Source: Bacteroidota bacterium
GTDB taxonomy: Bacteria; Bacteroidota; Bacteroidia; NS11-12g; UBA9320
Assembly (NCBI GenBank): GCA_013359235.1
Contig: JABWCE010000007.1
Span: 26,609-90,608, forward strand
Direction: 5' to 3'
Length of the DNA: 64,000 nucleotides
Shown here: piece after piece, positions 47,325 through 58,875 of the stretch
Layout of the letters: every line of letters starts with the position of its first letter
How positions within the stretch are numbered: the stretch's first letter is position 1
Program-made: the position numbers and the translations under genes
The notes under the pieces: model-generated
Database searches by the model: none
What the model was told of the DNA's origin: nothing
The model's input: the letters and a program-made list of their open reading frames with translations, nothing else

Positions 47325-48860
47325 ATGAATTCAGAAGAAAAGTTTAAAAACATTATTTCACATTGCAAAGAATATGGATTTATTTTCCCTTCAAGCGAAA
47401 TTTACGATGGACTTGCAGCGGTTTACGATTATGGGCAAAATGGGGTTGAACTTAAAAATAATTTGAGAACTTATTGGTGGAAAAGCATGGTACAGTTTCA
47501 TCAAAATATTGTTGGTATTGATGCTTCGATTTTTATGCAACCTCGTGTGTGGAAAGCAAGTGGCCATGTTGATGGTTTTAACGACCCTATGATTGATAAC
47601 AAAGACAGTAAAAAAAGGTATAGAGCTGATGTGCTTATTGAAGAATTTATAGAAAAAATTAACTCAAAAATTGATAAAGAAGTTGAAAAAGCACGTTCAC
47701 GTTTTGGCGAAAAATTCGATTTTCAAACATTTGTGAATACAAATGAAAAAACACTGGGTTACAAAAGAGAAATTGCCAGAATTGAGGAAATTTTAAAAAA
47801 TTCATTAGAAAAAAGTGATTTTTCAAGCCTAAAAAATCTTATTGATGAACTTGGAATTGTATGCCCAATAAGCGGTTCGAAAAACTGGACCGAAGTACGC
47901 CAATACAACCTAATGTATAGTACTCAAATGAGTGCTACCGATGGTGAAACCGAACTTTACCTAAGACCCGAAACTGCTCAGGGAATTTTTGTAAACTTTC
48001 TTAATGTGCAAAAAACAGGCAGGATGAAAATTCCGTTTGGTATTGCTCAAACGGGCAAAGCATTCAGAAACGAAATTGTTGCCCGGCAGTTTATTATGAG
48101 AATGAAAGAATTTGAGCAAATGGAAATGCAATTTTTTGTAAAACCTGGTACTGAATTACAATGGTACGAATACTGGAAAAAATTGAGACTTAAATGGCAT
48201 CTGTCTATTGGCACAAATTCAAACAACCTTAAATATCACGATCATTTAAAATTAGCGCATTACGCAAATGCAGCAGTAGATATTGAGTACAACTTTCCAT
48301 TTGGTTTTAAAGAGGTAGAGGGCATACATAGTCGTACAGATTTTGATTTATCAAGGCATCAGGAATTTTCGGGTAAAAAAATTCAGTATTTTGATAACGA
48401 AACCAACAGCAATTACACCCCTTATGTAATAGAAACTTCAATAGGCTTAGACAGGTTATTTTTGATGCAACTTTGCGAAAACCTGGTAGATGAACAGCTT
48501 GAAAATGGCGAAACTCGTACAGTTTTTAAGGTAAATCCAATACTTGCTCCCTACAAAATTGCCATTTTGCCTTTAGTAAAAAAAGATGGTTTGCCTGAAT
48601 TTGCCGAAAAAATTTACAACGAATTGAAATTTGATTACAATTGTTTTTACGAAGAAAAAGACACTATTGGCAAGAGATATCGCAGGCAAGATGCTATCGG
48701 AACCCCATTTTGCATAACTATTGATTATGATAGCTTAAAAGACAATACCGTAACTTTGAGAAACCGCGACACTATGGTTCAAGACCGAATAAATGTAAAT
48801 GAAATAAACAAGTTTCTTTTTGAAGAAATAAACTGGAAAAAATTACTTATAAAATTATAA
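47325..48860 (+). CDS. glyQS: glycine--tRNA ligase (dimeric class II type)
   Basis: 511 aa. [29 protein letters not shown]-terminus and class-II motifs. Confidence 0.9.
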   Translation: MNSEEKFKNIISHCKEYGFIFPSSEIYDGLAAVYDYGQNGVELKNNLRTYWWKSMVQFHQNIVGIDASIFMQPRVWKASGHVDGFNDPMIDNKDSKKRYRADVLIEEFIEKINSKIDKEVEKARSRFGEKFDFQTFVNTNEKTLGYKREIARIEEILKNSLEKSDFSSLKNLIDELGIVCPISGSKNWTEVRQYNLMYSTQMSATDGETELYLRPETAQGIFVNFLNVQKTGRMKIPFGIAQTGKAFRNEIVARQFIMRMKEFEQMEMQFFVKPGTELQWYEYWKKLRLKWHLSIGTNSNNLKYHDHLKLAHYANAAVDIEYNFPFGFKEVEGIHSRTDFDLSRHQEFSGKKIQYFDNETNSNYTPYVIETSIGLDRLFLMQLCENLVDEQLENGETRTVFKVNPILAPYKIAILPLVKKDGLPEFAEKIYNELKFDYNCFYEEKDTIGKRYRRQDAIGTPFCITIDYDSLKDNTVTLRNRDTMVQDRINVNEINKFLFEEINWKKLLIKL

Positions 48861-51800
48861 TGGATTTCAATGAGTTTGAAAAAAATTTGAAAACAGACTG
48901 GCTCAACAAAGTAAAAAAAACACTTGATGCAAATGAAAATATTGATTTTTTAAGCTATAAACCTTCGGCTGATGTACAAGTTCCTTCGTATTGCACAGTA
49001 GAAGATTGTTTTGATATAATATCAAATAAAAAAATTAAAAATTGTATAAATGCTGAAAAATATCAAACAAATATTTTTACAAATTCAGGTTTTGATAATT
49101 TTCCCATAAGCTTGCTTGAAGGAGTAGATGCTATTGATGTTATAAATTTCAATAAAGAAATTCCTGAAAATTTTTCTTTCAAAAATATTCATCTAAACAT
49201 TGAAAAACCAGAACTACATAAGGTAAAAAACATATTAAGCAAATGTAAAAAAGGCTCTGTTACTATTACAGGAATAAAAAGTGATGAAGAATATGTATAT
49301 GCTCATAAAACACTTTTAAATACCAATCCAGATGGATTTAAGATGTTTTGTATTGATTTAACACAAATTAAAACAGATGAAATAAAACAAATAGCAGATG
49401 AGGCAACAAACAAGCTTAAATTAATATTTGGTAAAATCATTAAAAATGAAACAGAGCTAATAAAATCAATATTTTTCAGGCATACACTTAATGATGACTT
49501 TTATTTAAATCTTTCATTAATTAGAGCAATAAAGCAGATTTGGTATAATTTTTTAGAAACCAATAAAATTAAAATTGTTGAACCATTTATAATTTCACAA
49601 ACCTGTAATTTAAGTGAAACAGTTAATGAAACAGAACAAAATCTTATAAGAATTACTACTATGGCATTGGCTTCAATTGCAGGTGGTACAAATGTATTTT
49701 CTGCAAGGGGTTTAAATTTTGAAAACAAGTTTAAACCTGAGTTTTATTTTAGGATGCAAAAAAATATTCAATTATTGCTATTAGAAGAAAGCTTCATTAA
49801 TAATGTAACCGATCCTGCAAGAGGAAGTTATTTTTATGAAATATTAACCTATAAACTTTCAAATATTGAAAAACTATATGAAACACGATACGAAAACAAT
49901 GAGTTCATCAAAACATTTTCTAATGATGATGTAAAAAATATTGGTTTAGAAAAATTTGGAGCCGGCACATCTCCATTTTTAAGAGGACCGTATCCAACTA
50001 TGTATTTACAAAAACCATGGACAGTAAGACAATATGCAGGATTTTCAACTGCCGAAGAATCAAATGCATTTTACAAGCGAAACTTAGCTGCAGGTCAGAT
50101 GGGTTTATCTGTAGCATTTGATTTAGCCACACACAGAGGATACGACAGCGACCATCCCCGTGTAAGTGGAGATGTAGGAATGGCAGGTGTTGCAATAGAC
50201 ACAGTTGAAGATATGAAAACTCTTTTTAACGAGATACCCCTTGAAAAAATGAGTGTAAGTATGACAATGAATGGTGCAGTAATTCCAATAATGGCTTTTT
50301 TTATTACAGCCGCTGAAGAACAAGGTGTATCACCCGAAAAACTTTCAGGAACCATACAAAATGACATACTTAAAGAATTTATGGTTCGCAATACATTTAT
50401 CTACCCACCACAGCCTTCAATGCGTATTATCGGTGATATTTTTAAATACACATCTGAAAAAATGCCAAAGTTCAACAGCATAAGTGTTAGCGGATATCAT
50501 ATTCACGAGGCTGGAGCATCTGCCGAAATAGAACTTGCCTACACTCTTGCCGACGGGCTTGAATATGTAAAAACCGGTATAGCATCAGGGTTAAAGATAG
50601 ATGAATTTGCTCCGCGTATTTCATTTTTTTGGGGTATTGGCATGAATTTTTTTCTTGAAATTGCTAAAATGCGTGCCGGCAGACTTTTATGGTCAAAATT
50701 GATAAAGCAATTTAACCCTAAAAACGAAAAATCTTTAGCTCTGCGTACTCATTGCCAAACATCCGGCTGGAGTCTTACAGAACACGACCCATATAACAAT
50801 ATAGCCCGCACATGTATTGAAGCAATGGCTGCTGTTTTTGGAGGTACACAAAGTTTGCACACTAATGCACTTGATGAAGCAATTGCTTTACCAACAGATT
50901 ACTCAGCCCGAATAGCCAGAAACACTCAACTTTACCTTGCAAAAAACACAAATATAACCAAGGCAATTGACCCATGGGGAGGCTCATATTACATTGAATT
51001 TTTGACAAACCAAATAGCACAAAAAGCATGGAAATTAATTGAAGAAATTGAATCGCTTGGAGGTATGGCAAAAGCTATAGAAACAGGTTTACCTAAATTG
51101 AAAATTGAAGAATCTGCAGCTAAAAAACAAGCTGGAATTGATAGCGGAGCCGAGATTATAGTAGGTGTAAATAAATATGTATTTTCAGAAAAATCAAGTT
51201 TCGAAATTTTGTCAATAGACAATAACCAAGTGAGAAACAAACAAATTGAAAAACTTACTAAATACAAAGCAAACCGCAACCAAGCTGAACTAAATACAGC
51301 ACTTGAAAATATTACTTTAGCAACACAAACAGGAAAAGGAAATCTACTCGAACTTGCTATTGATGCAGCAAAAAAGAAAGCTACATTGGGAGAAATTTCA
51401 TTAGCTTTGGAAAAAAGTTATGGCAGATATAGCCCAAAAATCAGAATGATAATGGGTGTATATAAAAATGAATCGCAAATGGAAGAAAACTATAATAATG
51501 CCGTAGAGCTTGCTGATAAATTTGCAAGAAAAGATGGCAGACGCCCCAGAATTATGATAGCAAAAATGGGACAAGACGGGCATGACCGCGGAGCAAAAGT
51601 AATTGCAACTGCTTTTGCAGATATAGGATTTGATGTGGATATTGGTCCATTGTTTCAAACACCTCACGAAGTAGCAAAACAAGCAGTAGAAAATGATGTA
51701 CATTGTCTTGGAATTTCAAGTCTTGCGGGGGGGCATAAAACTTTAATTCCCGAAGTAGTTGAAGAACTAAAAAAATTTGGAATGAATGATATAATAATTA

Positions 51801-51928
51801 TTGTAGGTGGTGTAATTCCTGAAAAAGATTACAAAGCACTTTACAAGGCTGGGGCACATTTTATTTTTGGACCAGGTACCAATATTTCAAAAGCAGCAAG
51901 CGATGTATTAATGAAGTTGCTTGAATGA
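48860..51928 (+). CDS. methylmalonyl-CoA mutase, single-chain form: N-terminal MutA-like (beta-subunit-like) domain fused to the full catalytic subunit with C-terminal B12-binding domain
   Basis: 1022 aa. Residues ~1-360 resemble a cofactor-less MutA TIM barrel ([29 protein letters not shown]). Then the canonical MutB ([37 protein letters not shown]). The C-terminal Rossmann carries the B12 motif QDGHDRG. The ATG overlaps the glyQS stop (TAATG). Confidence 0.8.
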   Translation: MDFNEFEKNLKTDWLNKVKKTLDANENIDFLSYKPSADVQVPSYCTVEDCFDIISNKKIKNCINAEKYQTNIFTNSGFDNFPISLLEGVDAIDVINFNKEIPENFSFKNIHLNIEKPELHKVKNILSKCKKGSVTITGIKSDEEYVYAHKTLLNTNPDGFKMFCIDLTQIKTDEIKQIADEATNKLKLIFGKIIKNETELIKSIFFRHTLNDDFYLNLSLIRAIKQIWYNFLETNKIKIVEPFIISQTCNLSETVNETEQNLIRITTMALASIAGGTNVFSARGLNFENKFKPEFYFRMQKNIQLLLLEESFINNVTDPARGSYFYEILTYKLSNIEKLYETRYENNEFIKTFSNDDVKNIGLEKFGAGTSPFLRGPYPTMYLQKPWTVRQYAGFSTAEESNAFYKRNLAAGQMGLSVAFDLATHRGYDSDHPRVSGDVGMAGVAIDTVEDMKTLFNEIPLEKMSVSMTMNGAVIPIMAFFITAAEEQGVSPEKLSGTIQNDILKEFMVRNTFIYPPQPSMRIIGDIFKYTSEKMPKFNSISVSGYHIHEAGASAEIELAYTLADGLEYVKTGIASGLKIDEFAPRISFFWGIGMNFFLEIAKMRAGRLLWSKLIKQFNPKNEKSLALRTHCQTSGWSLTEHDPYNNIARTCIEAMAAVFGGTQSLHTNALDEAIALPTDYSARIARNTQLYLAKNTNITKAIDPWGGSYYIEFLTNQIAQKAWKLIEEIESLGGMAKAIETGLPKLKIEESAAKKQAGIDSGAEIIVGVNKYVFSEKSSFEILSIDNNQVRNKQIEKLTKYKANRNQAELNTALENITLATQTGKGNLLELAIDAAKKKATLGEISLALEKSYGRYSPKIRMIMGVYKNESQMEENYNNAVELADKFARKDGRRPRIMIAKMGQDGHDRGAKVIATAFADIGFDVDIGPLFQTPHEVAKQAVENDVHCLGISSLAGGHKTLIPEVVEELKKFGMNDIIIIVGGVIPEKDYKALYKAGAHFIFGPGTNISKAASDVLMKLLE

Positions 51929-51930
51929 AT

Positions 51931-52772
51931 TTATTTTAACATTTCATCAATCACTTCTTTTTCAAATTCGCGAAAAACTGGTTTTAAAAAACTTTCAGAA
52001 TCTGTACCGTAGTTTATAAACAAATTAAGAGTAAAATTCTTGTTAGGAAACCAGAATAAATCGGCTGTGTAGCCCAAGTCTCTACCTGAATGCCCTATTC
52101 CGTAATCGGCTCCGCGGTCATTAAATTTTTTCATAATTCCAAGTCCATAATTATTAATTTCGTCGGGCGGTCCATAGGTTTGCATCAATGCAAGAGATTT
52201 ATCAGACAACACGGTTTTGTTTATCAAAACTCCTTCAATAAATTTTTGTAAATCGTACACATTCGAAAATATGCCATTAAAGCCATTTCCGCTTCCAGGC
52301 AATATATTCGATACGTTTGACAATTGCTTTTTGTTGTACAAATCAAAATAACCTTGTGTTATAATTTCGGGCAAATCTTCGCGACCTTGATAATAGGTAT
52401 CATTCATTCCCAAAGGGTTTAATATTTTTTCTCTAAGCAACTGATGATGTGGCTTTCCACTGGCTTTTTCGATTATCATACTTATCAAAATTGTGTTTGT
52501 GTTTGAATAAACCGATGATTGAAAATACCCAATTTAAAATCATAATAAATAGTTGACTTATTTTTAGTTTTTATATTTTTTAATAACCCGGCCGAAAAGC
52601 CTAAATGATACTTTGAAGTGAACTAGTTTTTTACTCCGGTAAATGGTAAATAAGTTTGGTTATTAAAAATTGTAAATTGGCAAGATTCAAAGTTTTTGAT
52701 AATATTTTTTTGGGCTTGCGATTTGTTTACAAACAGTGAGATTATCAATAACAGCAATATTTTTCTATTCAT
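51931..52772 (-). pseudogene. disrupted serine hydrolase (beta-lactamase/PBP-like family) gene: signal-peptide fragment plus C-terminal fragment
   Basis: A 49-aa ORF (52623-52772) encodes only a signal peptide (MNRKILLLLIISLFVNKSQAQ...). A separate 185-aa ORF (51931-52488) encodes the C-terminal half of a class-C beta-lactamase-like fold (GHSGRDLGYTADLFWFP). The catalytic SxxK N-terminal half is absent. Confidence 0.5.
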
Positions 52773-52811
52773 TTTTTTATGCAAATAAACATGATAATAT
52801 TTAAAAAAAGT

Positions 52812-55274
52812 TTAACGCACAATTGTAATAGTGCCTTTGTTTGTTTTTAGAGAGCCATCACAACCCTTGTATTTTACAATCCAGATATAGGCATCAAGTT
52901 GGTCGTCGTTTTTGTTTGTTTCACCATTCCAAGGCTCGGGTGTAAAATCTGAATCGTAAATTTTTTCGCCCCAACGGTTAAAAATTTTCAAATTGTAATC
53001 AGAGTGAAGTACTGCATCCTTAAAGGGAAATACATCATTTAGCTCGTCACCATTGGGGGTAAAAGCATTTGGTACAAATATTTCATTGGGCAAACGGTTG
53101 GGATCGGTTTTTACAATTATTGAATCAGTATTTGTACAACCGGCTTCGTCTGTTACTGTGACGAAATATGTACCTTCTGTTTCAACTTTTATTGATTCAC
53201 TCGTTGCCCCGGTATTCCACAAATATGCTGTATATCCTTTGCCTGCTGATAATTTTATTGGCGACCTAACACATATTACAGTATCTTTTCCAATATTTAT
53301 TTTTGGAGAGATTGTCATAAAAAATTGTATTGTATCAGAATTACTACAACCAAAATTATCAGTAATTCGTGCCCAATGCTTTCCGGTATGTCGTATAAGT
53401 GTAGTACGGTTTGTTTCATTGTTACTCCATAAATAAGTGCAGGTTGTGCCAGTTCTTGGTGGACCGGCATCTAAAACTATATTTACCGAATCGCAAAAAT
53501 GCCTATCGTTGCCTAAATCAATATTTACTTTCGAATTATCAATTTTTACAGTATCAGATTTTGTACAATGTTTTAATCTTGTTGTAACCCAAAATTTACC
53601 TGGCTGCGAAGTACTTATCGCTCTTTCTGTTGAACCGTTATTCCACAAAAATTGTGTTCCTTCGGGCATATTTCCGGCATCAAATGTTATTGAAAAATCG
53701 TTACAAACAAATATATCATTTCCCAAGTTTGGTTGTATTCTGGCTATTGTCATCAAGGCTGTATCGTCTTTTGCACAAAAACTATTAAATAGTCTTACAG
53801 TATATTTTCCTTCTTTGGTTGCTGTTGTTCTTAGTATTGTATCTCCGGTACTCCACATTACTCTTGAATTTGGAGTTGCGTTTATTAGTTCAAGAGTTGT
53901 ATTTACATTTTCGCAAAACAAAGAGTCTTTTAATGGATTAAAATTTACAGGTTCATAACCTATTTTAATTGTATCTTTCAAAACACAAAGTCCATAAACA
54001 GCTTCAACCCAGTATGTGCCTGGTGTGCTAATATTTATAAATGTTGTATTTTCTCCTGTTGACCAATTAATTGTATTGTAATCGTTCCATGGAACAGAAA
54101 GTTGATTTTTGAATGGTACACAATAAGTATAATTTTTGCCTAAGTCAAAACCTTTTTTAATTCTAACTTTTACTTTGAAAGAATACTCATCAATACAAGC
54201 CGAATTCCATGCTTTGAGTTTTACAATATAATCGCCACCTTTTGAGAAAACATGTACAGGATTTTTCAAATTGCTTCTATTATTTGTAAAACCAGAAGAA
54301 GGATCTCCAAAATCCCATTCATAACCTTCTGCACCTATACTTTTATTCGAAAAAATTACTGTATCCGAGCAAGAGGTGAGTGGCTTGAAGTACGAAACTA
54401 CTACTGCTTTGCAATCTAATACATTAAACTGGTAGTCCCTTAATGTTTCGCCAATCAAAACACCATTTCTCCATTCTTTAACTTTTATTCCAATTACAAA
54501 CTGTCCTGTGATACTTGGTGTAACAGTAAGTTCGCCGGTTTCAGGGTCTATTGCAAGGCTTGGATTACCCCACATCGGGTTTTGTGTATTAAAACCACCG
54601 CTCCACCAAATTTTTGAATATGGTGGATCGGCAGGAGGTATGGGCTGTGGCATATCTTTATCTGCTCCCTGATATGGTTGATAAAGTTCGTAGCTCAAAG
54701 AATCTCCATCGGCATCTGTTGCCGAATGGTCAAAAACTAAAGGCAATTGGTTGCAGATATAGATAGGTGGAAATTTTTTAAAAATTGGGCTATTATCAGA
54801 GTTATAATCATTTCTATCCGGTATTTTTACCCAGTATGTTGAACCCGTACCGCCAGGATTTGTAATATTTTTAATAGTATTGTTTCGGCAGCATCGTTGA
54901 AATGCAATTATATAACCTCCTTTGCGTTTGGGTAACTCTGTTTCAAAAACATAGGTGTATTGGTCAACACAAACAGATTCTGTATTTACAATGCACTTGT
55001 ACGGTACCCCCGAAAGATGTACGGGTCCTGTTCTTTCTATTTCAATTCCTTTGATATAATCATTATTTGCTCCATCAAAAATCCCAAAATATGCTTTTTT
55101 ATCAGATTCTATTGCTTCGGGTCTTCCATTATAGCAATCAACATAAAGTTTCATGGTAATACGGTAAAGATCATTGCCAAGATGCTGGTAATATATATCA
55201 CCACCTACAATGTGTGAAGCACTTAGTTTTAAACCTACCAGAAGAAACAATGCTATAGTTAGAAATTTTCGCAC
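52812..55274 (-). CDS. T9SS type-B (gliding-motility-associated CTD) sorting-domain protein with Ig/PKD-like repeats
   Basis: 820 aa. Signal peptide, repeated beta-sandwich segments with paired Cys, C-terminal NAFTPNGDELND...KIFNRWGEKIY domain. Confidence 0.75.
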   Translation of the reverse strand: MRKFLTIALFLLVGLKLSASHIVGGDIYYQHLGNDLYRITMKLYVDCYNGRPEAIESDKKAYFGIFDGANNDYIKGIEIERTGPVHLSGVPYKCIVNTESVCVDQYTYVFETELPKRKGGYIIAFQRCCRNNTIKNITNPGGTGSTYWVKIPDRNDYNSDNSPIFKKFPPIYICNQLPLVFDHSATDADGDSLSYELYQPYQGADKDMPQPIPPADPPYSKIWWSGGFNTQNPMWGNPSLAIDPETGELTVTPSITGQFVIGIKVKEWRNGVLIGETLRDYQFNVLDCKAVVVSYFKPLTSCSDTVIFSNKSIGAEGYEWDFGDPSSGFTNNRSNLKNPVHVFSKGGDYIVKLKAWNSACIDEYSFKVKVRIKKGFDLGKNYTYCVPFKNQLSVPWNDYNTINWSTGENTTFINISTPGTYWVEAVYGLCVLKDTIKIGYEPVNFNPLKDSLFCENVNTTLELINATPNSRVMWSTGDTILRTTATKEGKYTVRLFNSFCAKDDTALMTIARIQPNLGNDIFVCNDFSITFDAGNMPEGTQFLWNNGSTERAISTSQPGKFWVTTRLKHCTKSDTVKIDNSKVNIDLGNDRHFCDSVNIVLDAGPPRTGTTCTYLWSNNETNRTTLIRHTGKHWARITDNFGCSNSDTIQFFMTISPKINIGKDTVICVRSPIKLSAGKGYTAYLWNTGATSESIKVETEGTYFVTVTDEAGCTNTDSIIVKTDPNRLPNEIFVPNAFTPNGDELNDVFPFKDAVLHSDYNLKIFNRWGEKIYDSDFTPEPWNGETNKNDDQLDAYIWIVKYKGCDGSLKTNKGTITIVR

Positions 55275-55418
55275 TTTTTATATATTGACGCAACTTTTAA
55301 TTAAAAAGTTATGTAAAAATAATTTGTTTTATTATTTTATCAAATTGTTTTTTTAAAAAACACTTTATTTGGTATTTTATTACAGCATAATTGAGAAATT
55401 TTACAATTTATAGACATG

Positions 55419-57839
55419 TTATTGCAAACCCATTTGTCTTGCTCTGTTTAAAAATTCATCAGCCTGAGGATTGCCCTGACGTTTCAATATTTCACCTATT
55501 GACTTGTATGGATATGGAAAATTAGGATTTAATTTAGTAGAATAATCATAGTATATAAGAGCAGAATCGGGGTAACTAAGTATTTCGTAAACTCTTCCAA
55601 TATTGTAATATAAAAAATAATTATTGCCTCCGTATTCAGCGGCACGCAATAGTTGCTTTTTGGCAGTGTAGGCATCGTTTTTTTCTAATGAAATTGTGCC
55701 CAATCCATCCCATGCACTACTCATGTTTTGCTTGTATTCTATAGCTTTTTTAAAATAATACTCGGCTGAATCTGTATTTTTTTTCTGTTGATATAAATAT
55801 CCTAAATATGTGAATGAATAATAGTTTTCGGGACACAGTTCTATTGATTTTTTTAATAATGGCACAGCTTCGTCAAATTTGTTTTGAATAAATTTTATAT
55901 ATCCCATTTCTCGGTAAGGTCCTTCGTTTAATGGGGCATATTTTGTTGCTTTTTTAAATAAAATAAGGGCGGTGTCAAGTTTGTTTTCGTGTTTTAGTTT
56001 AATAGCTTGATAGTAATCAAAATTCTGTCTTTTCACTACTATTGCTATTGGCACTCCGTCAACAGTAATTTTATGAATTGTACCTTTTAGCGGAAAATAT
56101 CCATTTGTTAATTGAACTTTGCTGAGAGTACGGGTTGTAAAAATTGCATAATCCCAATATTTTTCATCCCATTCAAAATCACGTGTCCATACAATTGTAA
56201 TGCTGTCGGTTTGTTTTTCGGCATAATAGCTCATACTATGGCTTTCATTATTGCTGGCTACAAAAATTCTCTTTTTAGTATTTTTTAGATTTTCATTTTC
56301 AAGGAGCCATTCTATTGCTGCTCTTGGACTTTGGCACCAATAATCGGTTTCGTAATTGCCATAAGCACCTTTTACACCACCTACTATTTCGTTGTAATAC
56401 AAATACTGGTATGGATGATTTTTTATCATCCATGCACCTGTTTTTCCTGCAAGTGCAATTATAATAATTACCGTAACCCATTTTAAATATCCTGATTTTA
56501 TTTTGTGAATTAATCTCTGCCAACCTATAGCAGCCATTACTACTATTGTTGGATAAACAAACAGTAAATGCCTCCAACTACTGTAAACTGCTGATTTTTT
56601 ATAAATAATATAAAAAACGGGAAATGCAGTAGCAAATAGCAAAATCAACACATGCCATAGTTTTATCTTTTTAAAATCAATTGACGATAAAATAAGAGCA
56701 AGTGCATATCCTGCAAGTACAAAAAGCGGTATAGTAATTAACATACTTTTTGGCTCGTAATACCATGGAAAATCTTTCATGTAATACTTTTTGCCCTCAA
56801 AAATTTCGTAAATATGAACCAAACTAAATTTTTCAAAGTTTTTCAACGCTTCAAATGGATGCTTAAATGGAGCTTGTAATGCTGCTGGCCAAAATATAAC
56901 ACCTACACCATAGCCAAGTGCAATTGGTTTAAATAGTTTTTTTATATATAGCCAAATATTTGAACTATTGAATGAATGATTTTTCTTGTAAACATTTATC
57001 AAAAACAAAATTGCTGAAAAGAGTAAAAGATAAGCAAAAACTATAAGACCACCTACTCTTATACTCATCAAAATCCCCATGCTTATTCCGAGTTTTATCC
57101 ATGTACCTCGAGTTGGGTCGGGCATTTCTTCAATAAATTTTATTATATAATAAAGAGAAACTACATAAAATGCCATAAAAGGTATGTCTTTCTGATTGTT
57201 CATACCATGCCCAAAAATTGTAGGTGTAAGAAGTATAAACAGAAAAGCTAAAACTGCTGTTTGCCAATTGCCTGCACGTTTAGCCAAAAGTCCTGTAAAC
57301 ATTAGCCCTATGCAAGTAAATAATGAAACTACTAAGTGGCGGGTTTCGTACAAGCCAAAAGGCGATAAAAATTTATATGCAAATGCACTGCTGAGGTTTA
57401 CAAAAGGACCGTAATTTACAAGATGTGGAATAAGAGCGGTTTTTACTTCATGTCCTTGCATTGTACCTTCCACATCAAGACAGCGCTTATCTTCGCCAAA
57501 GGAAGTAAAATATGCAAGTACTTCATTAAAATATCCAATGTCCTCAAATTCGTCCCAGGTTATTCCAAAGTCAAAACTTAGATATGGTATGAAAATAAAA
57601 GAACTAATTACTAAAATGGCAAAAATGAACCGATAAAATGGATGCTGCCCATTTGCCCAAGTTTTTTTAAACTCGTCCTGTTTTAATGCAGCTAATGGTT
57701 CGGTGAAAAAAAATGTACGCTTTTGTGTAAAAAAATCTTTAAATCTTTCTTTTAATGGTTTGCGTATTTCTTTGTTTTTGGGCTTTGCTTGTGCAGCAGC
57801 AGGCTTTATTTCAGGATTTCGATGTTTTTTTTTCGACAT
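55419..57839 (-). CDS. polytopic membrane protein with PMT/ArnT-like glycosyltransferase-type core fused to C-terminal TPR repeats
   Basis: 806 aa. Basic N-terminal tail, ~11 predicted TM helices with a DxxE/D-like loop region (FDFGITWDEFED), then ~200 aa of TPR (AEYYFKKAIE..., ALIYYDYSTKLNP). Confidence 0.6.
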   Translation of the reverse strand: MSKKKHRNPEIKPAAAQAKPKNKEIRKPLKERFKDFFTQKRTFFFTEPLAALKQDEFKKTWANGQHPFYRFIFAILVISSFIFIPYLSFDFGITWDEFEDIGYFNEVLAYFTSFGEDKRCLDVEGTMQGHEVKTALIPHLVNYGPFVNLSSAFAYKFLSPFGLYETRHLVVSLFTCIGLMFTGLLAKRAGNWQTAVLAFLFILLTPTIFGHGMNNQKDIPFMAFYVVSLYYIIKFIEEMPDPTRGTWIKLGISMGILMSIRVGGLIVFAYLLLFSAILFLINVYKKNHSFNSSNIWLYIKKLFKPIALGYGVGVIFWPAALQAPFKHPFEALKNFEKFSLVHIYEIFEGKKYYMKDFPWYYEPKSMLITIPLFVLAGYALALILSSIDFKKIKLWHVLILLFATAFPVFYIIYKKSAVYSSWRHLLFVYPTIVVMAAIGWQRLIHKIKSGYLKWVTVIIIIALAGKTGAWMIKNHPYQYLYYNEIVGGVKGAYGNYETDYWCQSPRAAIEWLLENENLKNTKKRIFVASNNESHSMSYYAEKQTDSITIVWTRDFEWDEKYWDYAIFTTRTLSKVQLTNGYFPLKGTIHKITVDGVPIAIVVKRQNFDYYQAIKLKHENKLDTALILFKKATKYAPLNEGPYREMGYIKFIQNKFDEAVPLLKKSIELCPENYYSFTYLGYLYQQKKNTDSAEYYFKKAIEYKQNMSSAWDGLGTISLEKNDAYTAKKQLLRAAEYGGNNYFLYYNIGRVYEILSYPDSALIYYDYSTKLNPNFPYPYKSIGEILKRQGNPQADEFLNRARQMGLQ

Positions 57840-57901
57840 TTTTTTTTCAAAAATAACTAAAAATTAAAAAATATAAATATTGTGATTGCATAGGAGTTTA
57901 A

Positions 57902-58468
57902 TCAATGCTTTTTCAAAGCATTTTTAAGTAGTTTCAAATATTTATCACTACTTATTTCATAAGCTCCAAATTGCTCGATATGACTGTTTAAATATTGGCT
58001 ATCCAATAATTTAAATTTATTTATTCTAAGAGTTTCTACCAAATATATCAATGCAATTTTTGATGCATTACTCACTTCAAAAAACATACTTTCGCCAAAA
58101 AATGCTTTATTTATTGCTATTCCATATAAACCACCTGCAAGTTTGCCGTTTTGCCATACTTCAAAACTGTGTGCAAAGCCCAGTTTATTCAGGTTGCAGT
58201 ATGTTTCTATAATTTCTTCCGATATCCAAGTTTCATCTCTTTCGGCACATTTTCTAATTACTTTTTCAAAATCTTTATTTTGATTTAATTCAAAAATATT
58301 TTTTTCATAAAGTTTTTTTAGATTTTTACTTACTTTAAAATTATGGTCAATGGGTATTATTGCCCTTCTATGAGGAAAATGCCAATAAATTTTATTACCT
58401 TCATCAGGGTGCGCCATAGGAAAATATCCTTGTGAATATGCAAGAATTATTTCTTGTGGGGATATCAT
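57902..58468 (-). CDS. aat: leucyl/phenylalanyl-tRNA--protein transferase
   Basis: 188 aa. ILAYSQGYFPM and SFEVWQNGKLAGGLYG motifs. Confidence 0.85.
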   Translation of the reverse strand: MISPQEIILAYSQGYFPMAHPDEGNKIYWHFPHRRAIIPIDHNFKVSKNLKKLYEKNIFELNQNKDFEKVIRKCAERDETWISEEIIETYCNLNKLGFAHSFEVWQNGKLAGGLYGIAINKAFFGESMFFEVSNASKIALIYLVETLRINKFKLLDSQYLNSHIEQFGAYEISSDKYLKLLKNALKKH

Positions 58469-58857
58469 TTATTTGATTTTTTATTCTTATTAATAATAGT
58501 TTGTGCACGAAATATTAATATTTTCTCAATTAATTTTACAGGTATGGGCTGCCCATCGGTAAATTGAATTGTGCCTTTTCCGCCTTTGTAATTTTTTAGC
58601 TCACTTTCAAATTCGTTTACAGTACGTGGTGCCGGGAAAATACTGATATGATTTTTAAAAGCTGCAAAATATATAAGAATTTTCCCATTAAGTTTAAATG
58701 CAGGCATTTTGAAACTTATAGTTTCTATTGCTTCAGGAAAATTTAATTTCACAAGGTTTCTGATTTCTATAAGTTTTAACTTTTTATCATTATCTATTCT
58801 TTTTAAATAGTCATTAATGCTTAAAATTTTATTTTCGTTCATTTTTTTTATGAACAT
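58465..58857 (-). CDS. DUF1801 (YdhG-like) domain protein
   Basis: 130 aa. ISFKMPAFKLNGKILIYFAAFKNHISIFP pattern. Confidence 0.6.
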   Translation of the reverse strand: MFIKKMNENKILSINDYLKRIDNDKKLKLIEIRNLVKLNFPEAIETISFKMPAFKLNGKILIYFAAFKNHISIFPAPRTVNEFESELKNYKGGKGTIQFTDGQPIPVKLIEKILIFRAQTIINKNKKSNK

Positions 58858-58875
58858 TTGAAAAATAAATATGTT

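Noticed and set aside
48860-51928. Possibility that the 1022-aa mutase is an IcmF-type fused isobutyryl-CoA mutase
   Set aside because: IcmF has B12-domain, then MeaB-like GTPase, then substrate barrel order with a P-loop. Here there is no GTPase P-loop, and the order is MutA-like barrel, MutB barrel, B12 domain.
53053-53958. Two consecutive plus-strand ORFs (127 and 173 aa) inside the T9SS cargo gene
   Set aside because: Opposite strand of an 820-aa ORF with a clear signal peptide and CTD sorting domain. No motifs; likely spurious.
55419-57839. Interpreting the Lys-rich N-terminus (KKKHRNPEIKPAAAQAKPKNKEIRKPLKERFKDFF) as a separate DNA-binding protein
   Set aside because: It is continuous with the first TM helix in one ORF. 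More likely it is a cytosolic basic tail of the membrane protein.
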